Shown here one piece after another: positions 53,401 through 63,512 of a stretch of DNA of 64,000 nucleotides. The notes under the pieces were generated by a model that made no database searches, was not told the DNA's origin, and saw only the letters and a program-made list of their open reading frames with translations. Numbering within the stretch: position 1 is the stretch's first letter; the number at the start of each line of letters is the position of its first letter. Made by a program: the position numbers and the translations under genes. The DNA is from Malacoraja senta (Eukaryota). Location: positions 20,832,001-20,896,000 of the forward strand of contig CM075982.1 of the NCBI GenBank assembly GCA_038087875.1. The letters run 5' to 3'.

Positions 53401-56400
53401 CTTCTCGAACTGTTGCTGTTCCTCTGGTGATAATTCTGCCAGTTCTGTTGGGTTGGCCTCTTATTAAGGGCTTCCAGTCAGAAAGACATCCATCCAGCGC
53501 TGTCCTCTGCGTTCTATCACCAAACCAATTTTGTATCCATTTCGTCAACACACCTTGGATCTCTTGAGCCTTAACCTTCTGAGAGCCTACTATGCAGGAT
53601 TTTGTCAAAAGCCTTAAACATGTCTATTGCTCTAGTTACCTCCTCAAAATACACGGATTTGTGAGATGATATCCTCTGCAGAAAGTCGTTTTAACTCGTA
53701 ATCAGTCCCAGCCTTTTCAAATGAACATAAATCCTGTCCCTCAGAATTTTTTCAGCTTCCCTACCCACCATGTGATGCTTCCTGTAATTTCCAGGCTTAT
53801 TTCCACTGCCTCTCTTGAATAGAGACAACATGAGCTTTCCTGCACTGTTCTGGTACTTAATCCATTGCAAATGAAGTTTCAAAATTCTCCATCAGTTCCC
53901 AAGCAACCTCCCTTCCCCCCGCCTTCCCCCTTTTCTTCCCTTTGTATCCTGAGATAGATTTTTATCATGTTCTAGGGAATTTTCCACTCTGATGTAGCTC
54001 CAATATTTCTTCTGTCTTTCTGATACAGACATGCTCCATAATACTAGTATTTCCCTCCCATCTCCAGCTTCCACGTCCTTCTTACTGGTGAATAAACTCG
54101 GTGGCGGAGCTTCCATAACCCTCTTGTGGAGAAAATTCTAGAGATTCACCACGCCTTGGGTGATATTTTTGTCATCTCTGCCCGGAATATCCAACTACGT
54201 ATGAGACTGACTCCTTATACTGATACCCCTGCCATGGGAAATATCTCTGCATCTATCTTGTCACATCACTCATTGATTCAGAGACTACCTTGCATTCTGC
54301 TAAACAGTGGAAAGCACAGTCCTTGTTTTTCTAATGCTTGCTCCCTGAAAGTGACACACAAGTAAATAGAGTGGTAAAGAAGGTATGTGGTATGCCTGCC
54401 TTCATCAGGAAGATTCATTGTTTTCTCTGGAACGTCAGAGGTTGAGGCTAGACCTGATGGAAGTACATTAAAATTATGAGAAGCATACATGGGATAGACA
54501 ATCAGAACCCTTTCCCCACAATCAAAATGTCAAGGACTAGAGGGCATAGCTTTAAGGTGGGAGGGGCAAAGTTCAAAGGCGATGTACAGGGTAAGATATT
54601 TACACAGAAAATGGTGGGTGCCTGTGTTGTGCTGCCAGGGGTGGTGGTGGAGGCAGATATAAAAGTGACGTTTAAGAGGCTTTTAGATAGGCATGTGGAT
54701 ATGCAGAGAATGGAGAGATGCGGATCACATGTAGGCTGAGGAGATAACTTGGCATCATGAAGGTATGTGGTATGCCTGCCTTCATCAGGAAGATTCGTTG
54801 TTTTCTCTGGAACGTCGGAGGTTCATTGTCGAAGTATCTGTTCCTGCGCTTTACTGTTCAATGTTCTCATTTCTGCTCATCCAACTTAAGCCTGAACTCC
54901 ATCTGAATATTCATCACTGTTCCACCATGGCAAGTTTCCCCTTGGCAATGAAGCTCAGACATAATATTCCAGGTTTAGTTTCACCAGGGCCCTGTAATTA
55001 AGCAAGACATCCCCACACTTTTAATTCAATCCTCTTGAAATTAAAGCTAATATTCAATTTAAATAGGTCCAAATGGTGAGATATTTAGGAGTTCCAATGC
55101 ATGATTTACAAAATGTATCGTAAAACTCCATTAATCCAGCATGCTCAGGACTTTGGTGTCAGACTGGCAATTTTCTGGACTATTGGACATCATTTCTATT
55201 GGCAATCCAACAGATTTTCAATTTCACTTCTTTGTTAAGATGTTAGAGTAATATAAAGATTCTAGTGTACCGGGTAGGTTTAAAGGGAACCTGGAAAATG
55301 GGGCCCTAGTGTGTTTCAAGGGAGCATGGAAAACAGGCCCAGGTGAGTTTCAAGGGAACATGGGAATCGAGGCTCTGCTGCGTCAAAGGGAGTGAGGGAT
55401 TGGGCCCCGGTGAATCAAAGGAATGTGTAACAGGGCCCCAGTAAGTCAAAGGAAGTGAGGGAATTGGGTCCTGTGAGTCAAAGGGAGTGTGGGAATCGGG
55501 CTGTAGTGAATCAGTGGCCGAAGTATCTGGATTTCTGAACAACAAGCTATAGGATTAATGGGAGGTACACAAAAATGCTGGAGAAACTCAGCGGGTGCAG
55601 CAGCATCTATGGAGCGAAGGAACTAGGCAACGTTTCGGGCTGAAACCCTTCTTCAGATTAATGGGGTTTGGCAAATAACACTGTGAACTAACAATGTTAT
55701 TATTAATTGCTTTGGGAATTGTTTACATAAGTGGAGGTGTTATACTGCAGTTAAATAGATGTTGCTGAGACCACTTGGAATATTGTGCACAGTACCAACC
55801 TTATTTAAGGAAGGATATTAATGAATTGAAAGCAGTTCCGATAAAATTTGCTGGACTGGTACAGAAATAGGCTGGTTACGCAACGAGGAATAGTTGGACA
55901 GGTTGGACTTGTATTTCCTGGAATTTGGAAATGTGAAGCAATTTGACTGAAAAATAAAAGATCTTCAGGGGACCTAACAGGATGGATGTGGTAAAAAAAA
56001 AAAAAATTCCTTTTATTGAAAAATATAGAACTGGAGGCTACTGTTAAAAAGCAAGAAGATTTTTTCTCTTAAAAGGTTGTGACTCGGCAACTTTCTACCT
56101 CAAATGTTTGTGAAAACAGAGTTTGTATATATTTACGACAGACATGGGTGAATTCTCAGTAAACAAGGGGTGTTGATATGATTCATGTCCTGTGTTAAAC
56201 GTGATTGGGTTGGGAGATGGGGTAAGAGGCTATAGAGGTTACCTTGTACAGGAAATGTGAAGAGTGTTAGGAGGGGCAGGGTTGTTCGGTGTTTTGGGTG
56301 TGTTGTGGAGCTGTGCTAAAGCAGATGGACAGATTGCTGCTGCTTATTACTGTTTGCACCTTTCACAGGGGCTCGTTCACTTTCCGAAGGCCAGGCAGCA

Positions 56401-58435
56401 GCACCTTCGATGTTTCCATCCCATCCTTTTCTCTCGAGAGCAGTAGTGAGGACGGCGGGCCCTTCTCCTCCCCGGTCTGAGTATTTGCCTCCAGCAAATG
56501 ATGGAGTAACTAAACACAGTCTGCACTCAGGATCTTTCCTCGAACCAGAGCACCAGTGGACCCAACTCCAGGGGTGGTGCTGCCTGGACAAAGATGTGGC
56601 ACATCACCAGCCTCCGTACAGGGACACGTGGCCAGTTCCGCTATAATATGCGCACTCACTCAGGCTTCTGTTGGGGGTTAGATTTGGATGGAGATGGATG
56701 AGGAGAGTGGAGGCAGGTAGATTTGGATGGAGATGGATGAGGTGAGTGGAAGCAGGGTAAATGTGGAGTTTGCTGGTGTTGAGTTTGGGTTGGGGTTAAT
56801 TAATAACATATTAATTAGGAGCAGGATTGGCTTCTTGCTAATTGTCTTGTAGTCCAGGAGCACTCTTTTGGAGAAACAGTGCTGTGTGCTTTCTCCGTGT
56901 TACTGGTTTTATGAAGTCTGCTGTGTTGTGAAGTTATATAAGAATCAGACCACTGGAGACAGGACAATAGTGTACACCTGGTACGTGGGAGCCCAATATG
57001 TCTAACGGTATGGATGACCTATGCCAATGCTACAAAACAGTTCCAGATTCTGTCTTTTGAACTTGTTGCTATGGCAACATTTTGTGTTAAGCACTGGGGT
57101 ACTGTACTGATAGGGACGGTTCTGTCTATACCACAGGTACAGTACTGGTGGAGACTTCTGTCACTGTATAACACTGGGGCACAGTACTGGTGGGGACTTC
57201 TGTCATTGAGTAACATTAGGCTATTGTCTGTTTAGTCTGGGTCCAGTAGTGGTAGATACTGGTCTATTACTGTCTAAATTTGATTGGTACATGTCTCCCT
57301 ATGTAGCAACGGGGGCAATATTGGGCTTGTCTCTACACCAGAAAGCGATAGGTACAATTCAGGTGGATTAACAAGCACAGAAATGTTTGATTAAAGCAGT
57401 GACTCTAATTGGTTCTGCCACTGTTGCCACACTGGCAGTATGGAATTATTGAATACCCTGGAGCGGGGCATTACTTGTGTCTGAACGTCTGTGCTGATTC
57501 AGATCCAACCCTGGTGATTGCTGCTGTTGCCTTGCTGAGCTACAGAGCCATTGGATGCAGCAGATGATCTGCCAGGTGGGTCCTTGGTGTCTGAGTTTAG
57601 CAAGCAGTTGGGATTTGGACAGTTCTGGATCCAGGTTATGTTAGGAGTGCTGCTCTTCAGCATTTTGGGAAGGCTAGGTTTAGCCTTGTGAGGCCACACA
57701 CAGTTACCAGCGATCACTGTATGAAAACCCACCCAAAGAGCACCTGAGTGAAATTTGCCACAGATTGTAACCTCCACTTGCCTACATTTGGAATGGATTT
57801 ACCAGGTGTAGTGTGTTACTGCTGGTGTCCCTGGTTCCATGGTGCATACTGTGCTTCATTATTTGCTGTGCCTATATCTGTGTGCTCCTGCTGCTGATGT
57901 TTATTGACTAGTTTAAATAAAGATTTTTGTTTGGATTATCTGTTTTCCCCCTTATTAAATGTTAGTATATGGTATCCCAGTGTGAAATCTTCTACCCCCA
58001 CGGAAAGCCTAGCACTTGGTGGCAGGGCCCAGTGGAAGGAGAGAAACCAGCTGCATTTCCTGCAGGAAGTGGGGCAACAAGTGCTTGTGGCCCAAGAGAA
58101 GGCACCTGAAGGTGCAGCCTGTGGAGTATCTGTTACACCACGATAGGGCGCATCAGTAAAGGCTGCACCTCGGGGAACCACCTGGGTGACAGGGAGAGCT
58201 GACACAACCTATCTGAGTGGAGAATTCAGACCCTGGTTGCTTTGTTCCTGTGCCAGGGACTGCGGCCTCAGGCGCAGTAGAGTTGTATCATTTAATCTGC
58301 TCCTTTCATCCTGTCTACAGGGGGACGTTTCGCTTTGAGAGGCCCGAGGGTTCACAGCTTGATGTGCGGATCCCACCCTTCTCCCTGGAGAGCAATAAGG
58401 ATGACAAGGCTCCCCCTGCTGGCTACAGCTGGTAG
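26292..58435 (+). CDS. POLDIP2: POLDIP2/PDIP38 (YccV + ApaG/DUF525 domains), canonical isoform 360 aa; join(26292..26425,28090..28171,29573..29670,31333..31432,32897..32972,34912..35019,36687..36823,37663..37689,39117..39242,41736..41815,58321..58435)
   Basis: The spliced translation closely matches vertebrate POLDIP2 (RNRPEGKVLETVGVFE...YYQVLID...AWQEKNHPWLELSDVHRETTENIRVTVIPFYMGMR...WRYCIRLEN...GHMWGTFRFERP...VRIPPFSLESNKD). All introns are GT-AG and in phase. Confidence 0.97.
26570..26765. repeat. GC-rich tandem repeat in POLDIP2 intron 1
   Basis: Repeated ccgggtaccgtcccggcccgg / gggcacggtcccggcccggtg units. Confidence 0.75.
27157..28074 (-). mobile_element. Young 5'-truncated CR1 LINE with an intact 273-aa ORF2 tail and (TTTCTATG)n tail
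   Basis: Uninterrupted GGSVSCEGDARRLQGDLDRLGEWA...RPHLEYCVQFWSP...QRVVNLWNSLP. Confidence 0.92.
28090..28171 (+). CDS. POLDIP2: POLDIP2 exon 2
   Basis: RNRPEGKVLETVGVFEAPKQQGKYETGQ. Confidence 0.95.
28700..29295. mobile_element. Nested HE1/V-SINE-like elements: a minus copy (~28795-29095) inside a plus copy
   Basis: SINE head at 28700, an inverted full copy, then the plus-strand body resumes and ends in ctaaactaaact. Confidence 0.7.
29573..29670 (+). CDS. POLDIP2: POLDIP2 exon 3
   Basis: LFLHSVFGYRGIVLFPWHARLYDRDVASSSPD. Confidence 0.95.
31333..31432 (+). CDS. POLDIP2: POLDIP2 exon 4
   Basis: KPETSGTQGSKEVKGKTHTYYQVLIDTRDCPHI. Confidence 0.95.
32897..32972 (+). CDS. POLDIP2: POLDIP2 exon 5
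   Basis: SQRSQTEAVTFLANHDDSRALYAIP. Confidence 0.95.
34912..35019 (+). CDS. POLDIP2: POLDIP2 exon 6
   Basis: GLDYVSHEDILPYSSSDRSPIQHELFDRFLSYDSAK. Confidence 0.95.
35194..35294 (-). mobile_element. Penelope-derived short element; 15-bp TSD TGATTGATAGTTTAT
   Basis: TSD at 35179-35193 and 35295-35309; hammerhead core on the minus strand. Confidence 0.8.
35980..36550 (+). mobile_element. Degenerate CR1 3' fragment
   Basis: Recognisable CR1 ORF2 end and 3' UTR. Confidence 0.65.
36687..36823 (+). CDS. POLDIP2: POLDIP2 exon 7
   Basis: LPFVARDTLRAWQEKNHPWLELSDVHRETTENIRVTVIPFYMGMR. Confidence 0.95.
37663..37689 (+). CDS. POLDIP2: POLDIP2 exon 8 (27 nt)
   Basis: EAQNSHVYW; flanked by ttgcag and GTAAGT. 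Confidence 0.93.
39117..39242 (+). CDS. POLDIP2: POLDIP2 exon 9
   Basis: WRYCIRLENLGTEVVQLRERHWRIFSLSGTLETVRGRGVVGR, containing the ApaG GxGVVG motif. Confidence 0.95.
41736..41815 (+). CDS. POLDIP2: POLDIP2 exon 10 (ends in phase 2, ...GHM-TG|)
   Basis: EPVLSKEQPAFQYSSHVSLQAPSGHM(W); donor TG|GTGAGT. Confidence 0.95.
42753..43371. mobile_element. TIR element (MITE, possibly PIF/Harbinger-like) with a nested palindromic Penelope-derived repeat (~42868-43055)
   Basis: Ends AGGGCCTGTTCCACTTGG ... CCAAGTGGGACAGGCCCT; CpG-rich interior. Confidence 0.7.
43528..44510 (-). mobile_element. Young 5'-truncated Rex1/Babar-like LINE (254-aa intact RT C-terminus; (ACTTG)n tail)
   Basis: LSPLLYSLYTHDC..IIKFADDTTVVG..FKFLGVHI..QRLYFLRRL, with no stops. 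Confidence 0.9.
44534..45061. mobile_element. CpG-rich MITE with GCCCTGTCCCAC TIRs and 3-bp TSD TGA
   Basis: tga|AAGCCCTGTCCCACGGGCAGG ... CCTGCCTGTGGGACAGGGCCA|tga. Confidence 0.75.
45511..45513 (+). CDS. POLDIP2: Candidate 3-nt POLDIP2 microexon (GAT), inserting Met: GHMW-M-G
   Basis: ttttttaatccttattcttctgcag|GAT|gtgagt: a strong acceptor directly followed by a consensus donor; frame-preserving. Confidence 0.5.
47748..47847. repeat. 49-bp perfect tandem duplication
   Basis: ccagtcagactccatgctttaacatagatgcaatttaaactctcatatg, twice. Confidence 0.9.
49672..50003 (+). mobile_element. Near full-length HE1/V-SINE-like tRNA-derived SINE
   Basis: tRNA-like head (tggcgcagcggtag A box, ggttcgatccc B box), V-core, and CR1-like tail ending (TAAAC)n. 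Confidence 0.85.
52660..52789 (+). CDS. POLDIP2: POLDIP2 alternative terminal exon 11a
   Basis: Acceptor ctctgcattccacag in phase 2; (W)GSYRFESTNRSLLDVRIPPFSLESKNGDSPNGFLPGPFSSLT* is paralogous to the canonical last exon. Confidence 0.8.
54350..54870 (+). mobile_element. CR1 3' fragment with a ~64-bp internal duplication (54379-54442 and 54760-54823)
   Basis: [19 protein letters not shown] remnant; repeated aaggtatgtggtatgcctgccttcatcaggaagattc. Confidence 0.7.
55280..55512. repeat. ~30-35-bp degenerate minisatellite
   Basis: Repeated gagtcaaagggagtgagggattgggcccc-like units. Confidence 0.7.
55563..55655 (-). mobile_element. Penelope-derived short element; 10-bp TSD GATTAATGGG
   Basis: TSD at 55553-55562 and 55656-55665. 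Confidence 0.75.
56369..56480 (+). CDS. POLDIP2: POLDIP2 alternative terminal exon 11b
   Basis: Acceptor tttgcacctttcacag in phase 2; (W)GSFTFRRPGSSTFDVSIPSFSLESSSEDGGPFSSPV*. Confidence 0.78.
57090..57270. repeat. ~40-bp degenerate tandem repeat
   Basis: cactggggtactgtactg / cacaggtacagtactggtgg / cactggggcacagtactggtgg units. Confidence 0.65.
57916..57950 (+). terminator. Candidate poly(A) signal for the exon 11b isoform
   Basis: AATAAA at 57916-57921 followed by U/GU-rich gatttttgtttggattatctgttttcc, upstream of the 11c acceptor. Confidence 0.5.
58321..58435 (+). CDS. POLDIP2: POLDIP2 canonical terminal exon 11c
   Basis: (W)GTFRFERPEGSQLDVRIPPFSLESNKDDKAPPAGYSW*, the closest of the three to the mammalian C-terminus. 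Confidence 0.95.
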
Positions 58436-60324
58436 ATGGCCATCCGCTGGACCCTGACCTCGCAGGGGCTGCTGCTGCTGCCTGGAACTGAGGGGAACGG
58501 GGAGAAGCGAAGGAGAAAGTCTTCGAGTCAGCCTGTTGCAAATGTCCTGGGTTTGCTGTGTAAAACCTGATCACGTTGTTGTAAAGCTCCTTTGAAATTG
58601 GACTCTGGGACTGATGTATTATTGAAGGAGGAAATTATGGGTTGTAGGGGGTTAGGGCACGGAGCGATTGGGATGAAGGAAAGGTGGAATGGGAGCTGGA
58701 AATTCTTTGCTGCACATATTCAGATGTAGTCAGTCTTGGAAGGTGGAATGGAGTTAGGTTTCTCTGCTCATCGATATTCCTGTCAAGTAACTATCCAACC
58801 CTTTTCCCTCCCAACCCTACCCATGCATATTTGAATGAAGCAGCATAAAAGCAGGAAGAGGTGTCCACGAGCAGTGCGGCTCTCAGTGGCCAGAACCCAG
58901 CCAGCTGGCCCAGTCTGATTGGTGTCTCACCTGCTGAAAGTGTCCCCACTGGAGACATTGAAACACTACCTGCAGCGAAGGTGAATTTCCAGCATCTTCT
59001 TTCTCCTGTGTCTCTATTCTTTCACCTAAGCCACTGAGTTCTTGTCATCATCCTGCACATAGTGGCTGAATTTCCATATAATCCGTGGCTGATACTCTGT
59101 GTTCACAGGATGAATGTTGCCGGCCCTGGTTTGTTCTGGCCTTTTCCTGCCTCCAGAGCTCCCCTTCCCCTCCACCTCCCCACTTCCAGTCTGAAGAAGA
59201 ATTCTGACCTGAAACATCACCATCCCTTTTCTCCAGAGATGCTGCATGACCCACTGAGTTACTCCAGCTATCTTTGGTATAAATGAGCATCTGCGGTTCC
59301 TTTAATCTGTGTCAGCCAGCTGGTGTCTGGAGAGGGCCAATTGGAGGTAAGGGGCATGGGTGCAGCCCATGGCTGCGGGCTATATCACCGACTCCAGTGC
59401 AGATCTCCTTGGCTGGCCTTGCCTCAGATTGGCAGGGTGTTGGTATGTATGCTGTTGCCACTCTTGGCCCCACTGCCGGTTGGTTTCTGCTCCACGCCGG
59501 GTGCTGCCCTGGCTGGGTGAGTCGGTAGATCAACAGAGACCTGTCAGTATGGCCAGGTCTGATTCCTGCTTTCTCAGACTGGAGCCAAATGCACACTGTT
59601 AGCTTAAGGAGCAAAGGAGCATGTCTGACACAGTGGGCGCTGGGGATGGCTGAAGTCCCTGAGCAGCCCTTGGACAGACGATAGATTCAGCTGCCCTTCC
59701 GATCCCTTAACTGAGAACACTGCTTTCTCCCTTGTGCTTCCTGCTTCCCTTTAAATATTAACTGGGAAGGCATTTAAAGAGGGGAATCCTAAAAATAATT
59801 TTATTACCAACAGAGGCAAGGCCGTTCAGCCCATCGAGCTGATCCCCGACCCATGTATTTGCTTCCTATGGTATGCAGTGCCCGTTTGAATGATCTAATG
59901 GATGTGCTGTCCCTGTCCTGTGATGCCCACAGATGCCAGCAGAGGGCTGTGTCACTCAGTGACCAGTATTTGTGGGGAGGTTGTAAGATTTAGCTGGGAT
60001 AAATAATTTCCTGCTGGGAATGGCAGGAATGTGCTCCGCTGATCCTGGCAGGAGACCAGCACTGGGGAATGTGCTGCCTTCCCCTTCAGCGACTGTGGAG
60101 TGCCGGAACTGGAATTTAGCCCTGTCCTTGCAATGAGCCAATGGGCTGGACACAGAGAATGTGGCACCCAACTCTTGCACTGACTCTGTCTGTTATTAAT
60201 CTGCTTTAAAATCATTCCCAGATGGTGCAGGGCGAGGTTTGTTCCAAAGTGTTTCAGTCTGTCTATACTTAACCCCTCAGCAACCTCCATCCCAGTCTGC
60301 AGGTTTATGCCCCGTGGTCCCCGT

Positions 60325-60524
60325 NNNNNNNNNNNNNNNNNNNNNNNNNNNNNNNNNNNNNNNNNNNNNNNNNNNNNNNNNNNNNNNNNNNNNNNNNNNN
60401 NNNNNNNNNNNNNNNNNNNNNNNNNNNNNNNNNNNNNNNNNNNNNNNNNNNNNNNNNNNNNNNNNNNNNNNNNNNNNNNNNNNNNNNNNNNNNNNNNNNN
60501 NNNNNNNNNNNNNNNNNNNNNNNN
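60325..60524. other. Assembly gap (200 N)
   Basis: Run of exactly 200 N. Confidence 1.
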
Positions 60525-63132
60525 AAAGCAGAATCTCTGCCCTATAAGAGAGAAAGAGAGGACTTTAATAAAAACATAAAGCACCTCACATCAATCAACA
60601 CTTGTCAAAACCAAAAAACTGGGTTAATATTTCAGCTTACTATTTTTGTTTCAGATTTTCAACATGCAGTTGTATGTATTAGGGATTCTAATAAGGAAGG
60701 GGTCGAGAAGAAGAGATAGATCAGCCATTATTGAATGGCGGAGTAGGCTTGATGGGCCAAATGGCCTAGTTCCACTCCTATAACTTATGAACATATGAAA
60801 GCATCCGGGGGCTAGACTGCCTACACAGGGTCTAGAGCCTCTACAGTGTAGAATTCCGACACAACACCCTTCCCAGCCACTACCAATGGTCCCAAGTAAC
60901 ACTTCCAACTCAGTATGCAAGTTGCAACAAGGCACCCACCCATCCGCATAAGGAGCTCCAATATATTACTCAACCACCATTCCACTCCTCCTACCAGCAT
61001 GCGATCACCATGGTCACCTAATCAGTTCTCCCTCAAAACACACATGCACTGTCCGGGGGAGAGACTCTGACACTGCACACACTCATCCTCCCAGACACTG
61101 AGTCAGCACACAACTCCACTGCAGCCTCCACACCCTCCCAGGACCCAGCTCCACCACATCTCACACTCACCCTGTCCAATCGCAGGACACAGCTATAATA
61201 TGGCACTTACCCTTTTCAAAATCATGGAATTATTTTATCATAATGAACCTACTTCTGTGTTAAGGAAAGACACAAAGTGCTGGGGCAACTCAGCGCGTCA
61301 GGCAGCATCCTCTGAGAACATGGGCAGGCGACATCTCAGATTGGCACTCTTCTTCAGACCCAATCTAAAGAAGGGTACCAACTCAAGACATCACCTGTCC
61401 ATGTTCTCCAGGGATGCTGTGTGACCTGCTGAGTTACTCCAGCATTGTGTGCCTATCCTTGGTAACCAGGATCTGTAGTTCCTTGTTTCTGCCTCGATTA
61501 AGATTATTTTTCCCCCTAACTCTTAGTCAAAGCTTACAGTGATCAGCCAAATATTTCACATGGCTCTATGATAGATTTTATCCCACATAATTCCTGCAAA
61601 GAATTTCAGGACATTTTGCAACTTAAAGAACTGTAACTGGGCCACTGCTGCAAGATAAAAGTAAACGTAACACTTGTCCACCAACCGACAGTGGGGCAGG
61701 GCACTGCTCAAGGTGGAAACAGCATACGTAGCACCATCAGGGAGGTCCATACAGAAAGTACTTCAGCACACGACATGGCCACTGGAAAATGTACACCAGA
61801 CCACCCCAGGACAGCAAGGGGAACCCTCACCCCTGTTCTTTATACATTGCCATGTGATTGACCAATTAACTTGGGCTGACATGCAAGATCTTGCTTCAAT
61901 GTCTCACTCAAAACCAGCCTCGGTGCAACACCATCTCTGTTCTCTGGGAGCATCAGCCCAGGATGGGAGCTCAGTAGAACCTGCCACAGAACAGTAATTG
62001 ACTCCTCTACAGCTGTTAATGGCTTCTACCTAACACGGACAAGCACCCCCACCACAGCTGAGTTTCAGTGCTGCCTGGCCAACTGAGTTACTCCAGCACT
62101 TTGTCCTTTTGTTTAAACCGGCATCTGCCAGTTTCTCGTGCCTCCGATTTTCAGGCCTTCGCACCCAATATTCTAAAAATGATCCCACTGTCAATCCAAG
62201 GGCTGATCTGACGACTAACGGGAACTGATTGTGCCTTTTTATGTGATTCGCTGCAGATTTTGACCTCAGCACAGCACAGCACAGTACATGACTCAGACCC
62301 TGGCACAGCACCCCATCGCAAGAGAGCATGGCAGATTCTCAGCAGGAGCAGATAGCATCTTTAAACACCAGTTGGATTAGCCCGGTGTAAATTTTGGAGG
62401 AAAATTGATGATTAGAGGACGAGCAGTTGTCACGTTTTGTTTTTTAGGTAAGTACCTGAACAAAAGCAATGATGGGTTCACAACTGAGAATCACTAGTCA
62501 TTCTCAGAATAATTCACTTGAACTTTGCGTAGAACAGACAAGACACAATTGCCTTCTTTTATGTAAACCAAGGTTTACAATAAGGTGTTTTACGCACAAA
62601 TCGAAACACAAGACACTGCAAAAGGTGGAACCTGGAGCAAAAAACAACTGCTGGAAGAATTTGGTGAGTCGTGCAACATCTGAGAGGCTAACAAATTATT
62701 CACATTTCAGGTCGAGACCTGTATCAGGACTTGGTGAATCGCCTCCAATGCTACTATATCTTTTTTTAGATATGGGGTCCAAAACTGTGGGCATTTTCCC
62801 AGATGAATTCTGATGAAGATTCCACAGCCAGAAACTGTTTCTCTCTCCACAGATGAAGATCAACCTGAACATCTCCAGAATTCCCTGATTTATGACAGAT
62901 TTCTAGCATCTGCAGTTTATTTACTTTTCTGTTTCTTCCTATCTCACCTGCCGTCTCAACCTTCAGGAACCTGTTAGCAATACCTCAGTGCCTTGCCTGC
63001 CCTCCCCATATTCCACCTGCCATTTGGCCATTCCACAGGACTCCCTAGCAATTCCCCGTGGATCCCAAGGGAGTTTAATCGAGACCAGGGAATGGAGGGA
63101 CTAACAGTGGCTTGGCACTCGGTCAAGTCTTA

Positions 63133-63470
63133 CGGGCAACACAGTGGCGCAGCGATAGAGTTGCTGCCTTACGGCGCTAGTGACCCGGGATCGATCCTGA
63201 CTACAGGTGCTGTCTGTACGGAGTTTGTACGTTCTCCCTGTGAATGCATCTGCGGTTCCTTCCTACACACTCTCCGTGACTGTGTTGGTTTTCCCCGGGC
63301 TGATACTGTTTCCTCCCTCACTCCAAAGACGTACAGGTTTGTAGATTGGCTTCGGTAAAAATTGTAAATTGTCCCTTTTGTGTGCAGGATAGTGTTAGAG
63401 TATGGTGATCACTGGTCGGAGCAGGCTCGGTGGTCCGAAGGACCTGTTTCTGTGCTGTATCTCTAAACTT
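63133..63470 (+). mobile_element. HE1/V-SINE-like SINE in the SMG6 intron
   Basis: Same head, core and tail as 49672-50003. Confidence 0.8.
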
Positions 63471-63512
63471 AACTGGAAGTAAACAGACATGGCCAGAGGC
63501 AAAAGGGCTCAC

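Noticed and set aside
52660-56480. Exons 11a and 11b as assembly duplicates or processed pseudogene fragments
   Set aside because: They are too divergent from 11c and from each other to be assembly artefacts. Homology starts exactly at the splice acceptor with no exon 10 sequence attached, which argues against retrocopies.
58436-60324. TNFAIP1 coding sequence convergent with POLDIP2
   Set aside because: No recognisable KCTD/BTB-family coding sequence; only a minus-strand AATAAA near 59800, which is not enough to call.
59952-60584. ORFs spanning the N-run
   Set aside because: Artefacts of translating through the gap.
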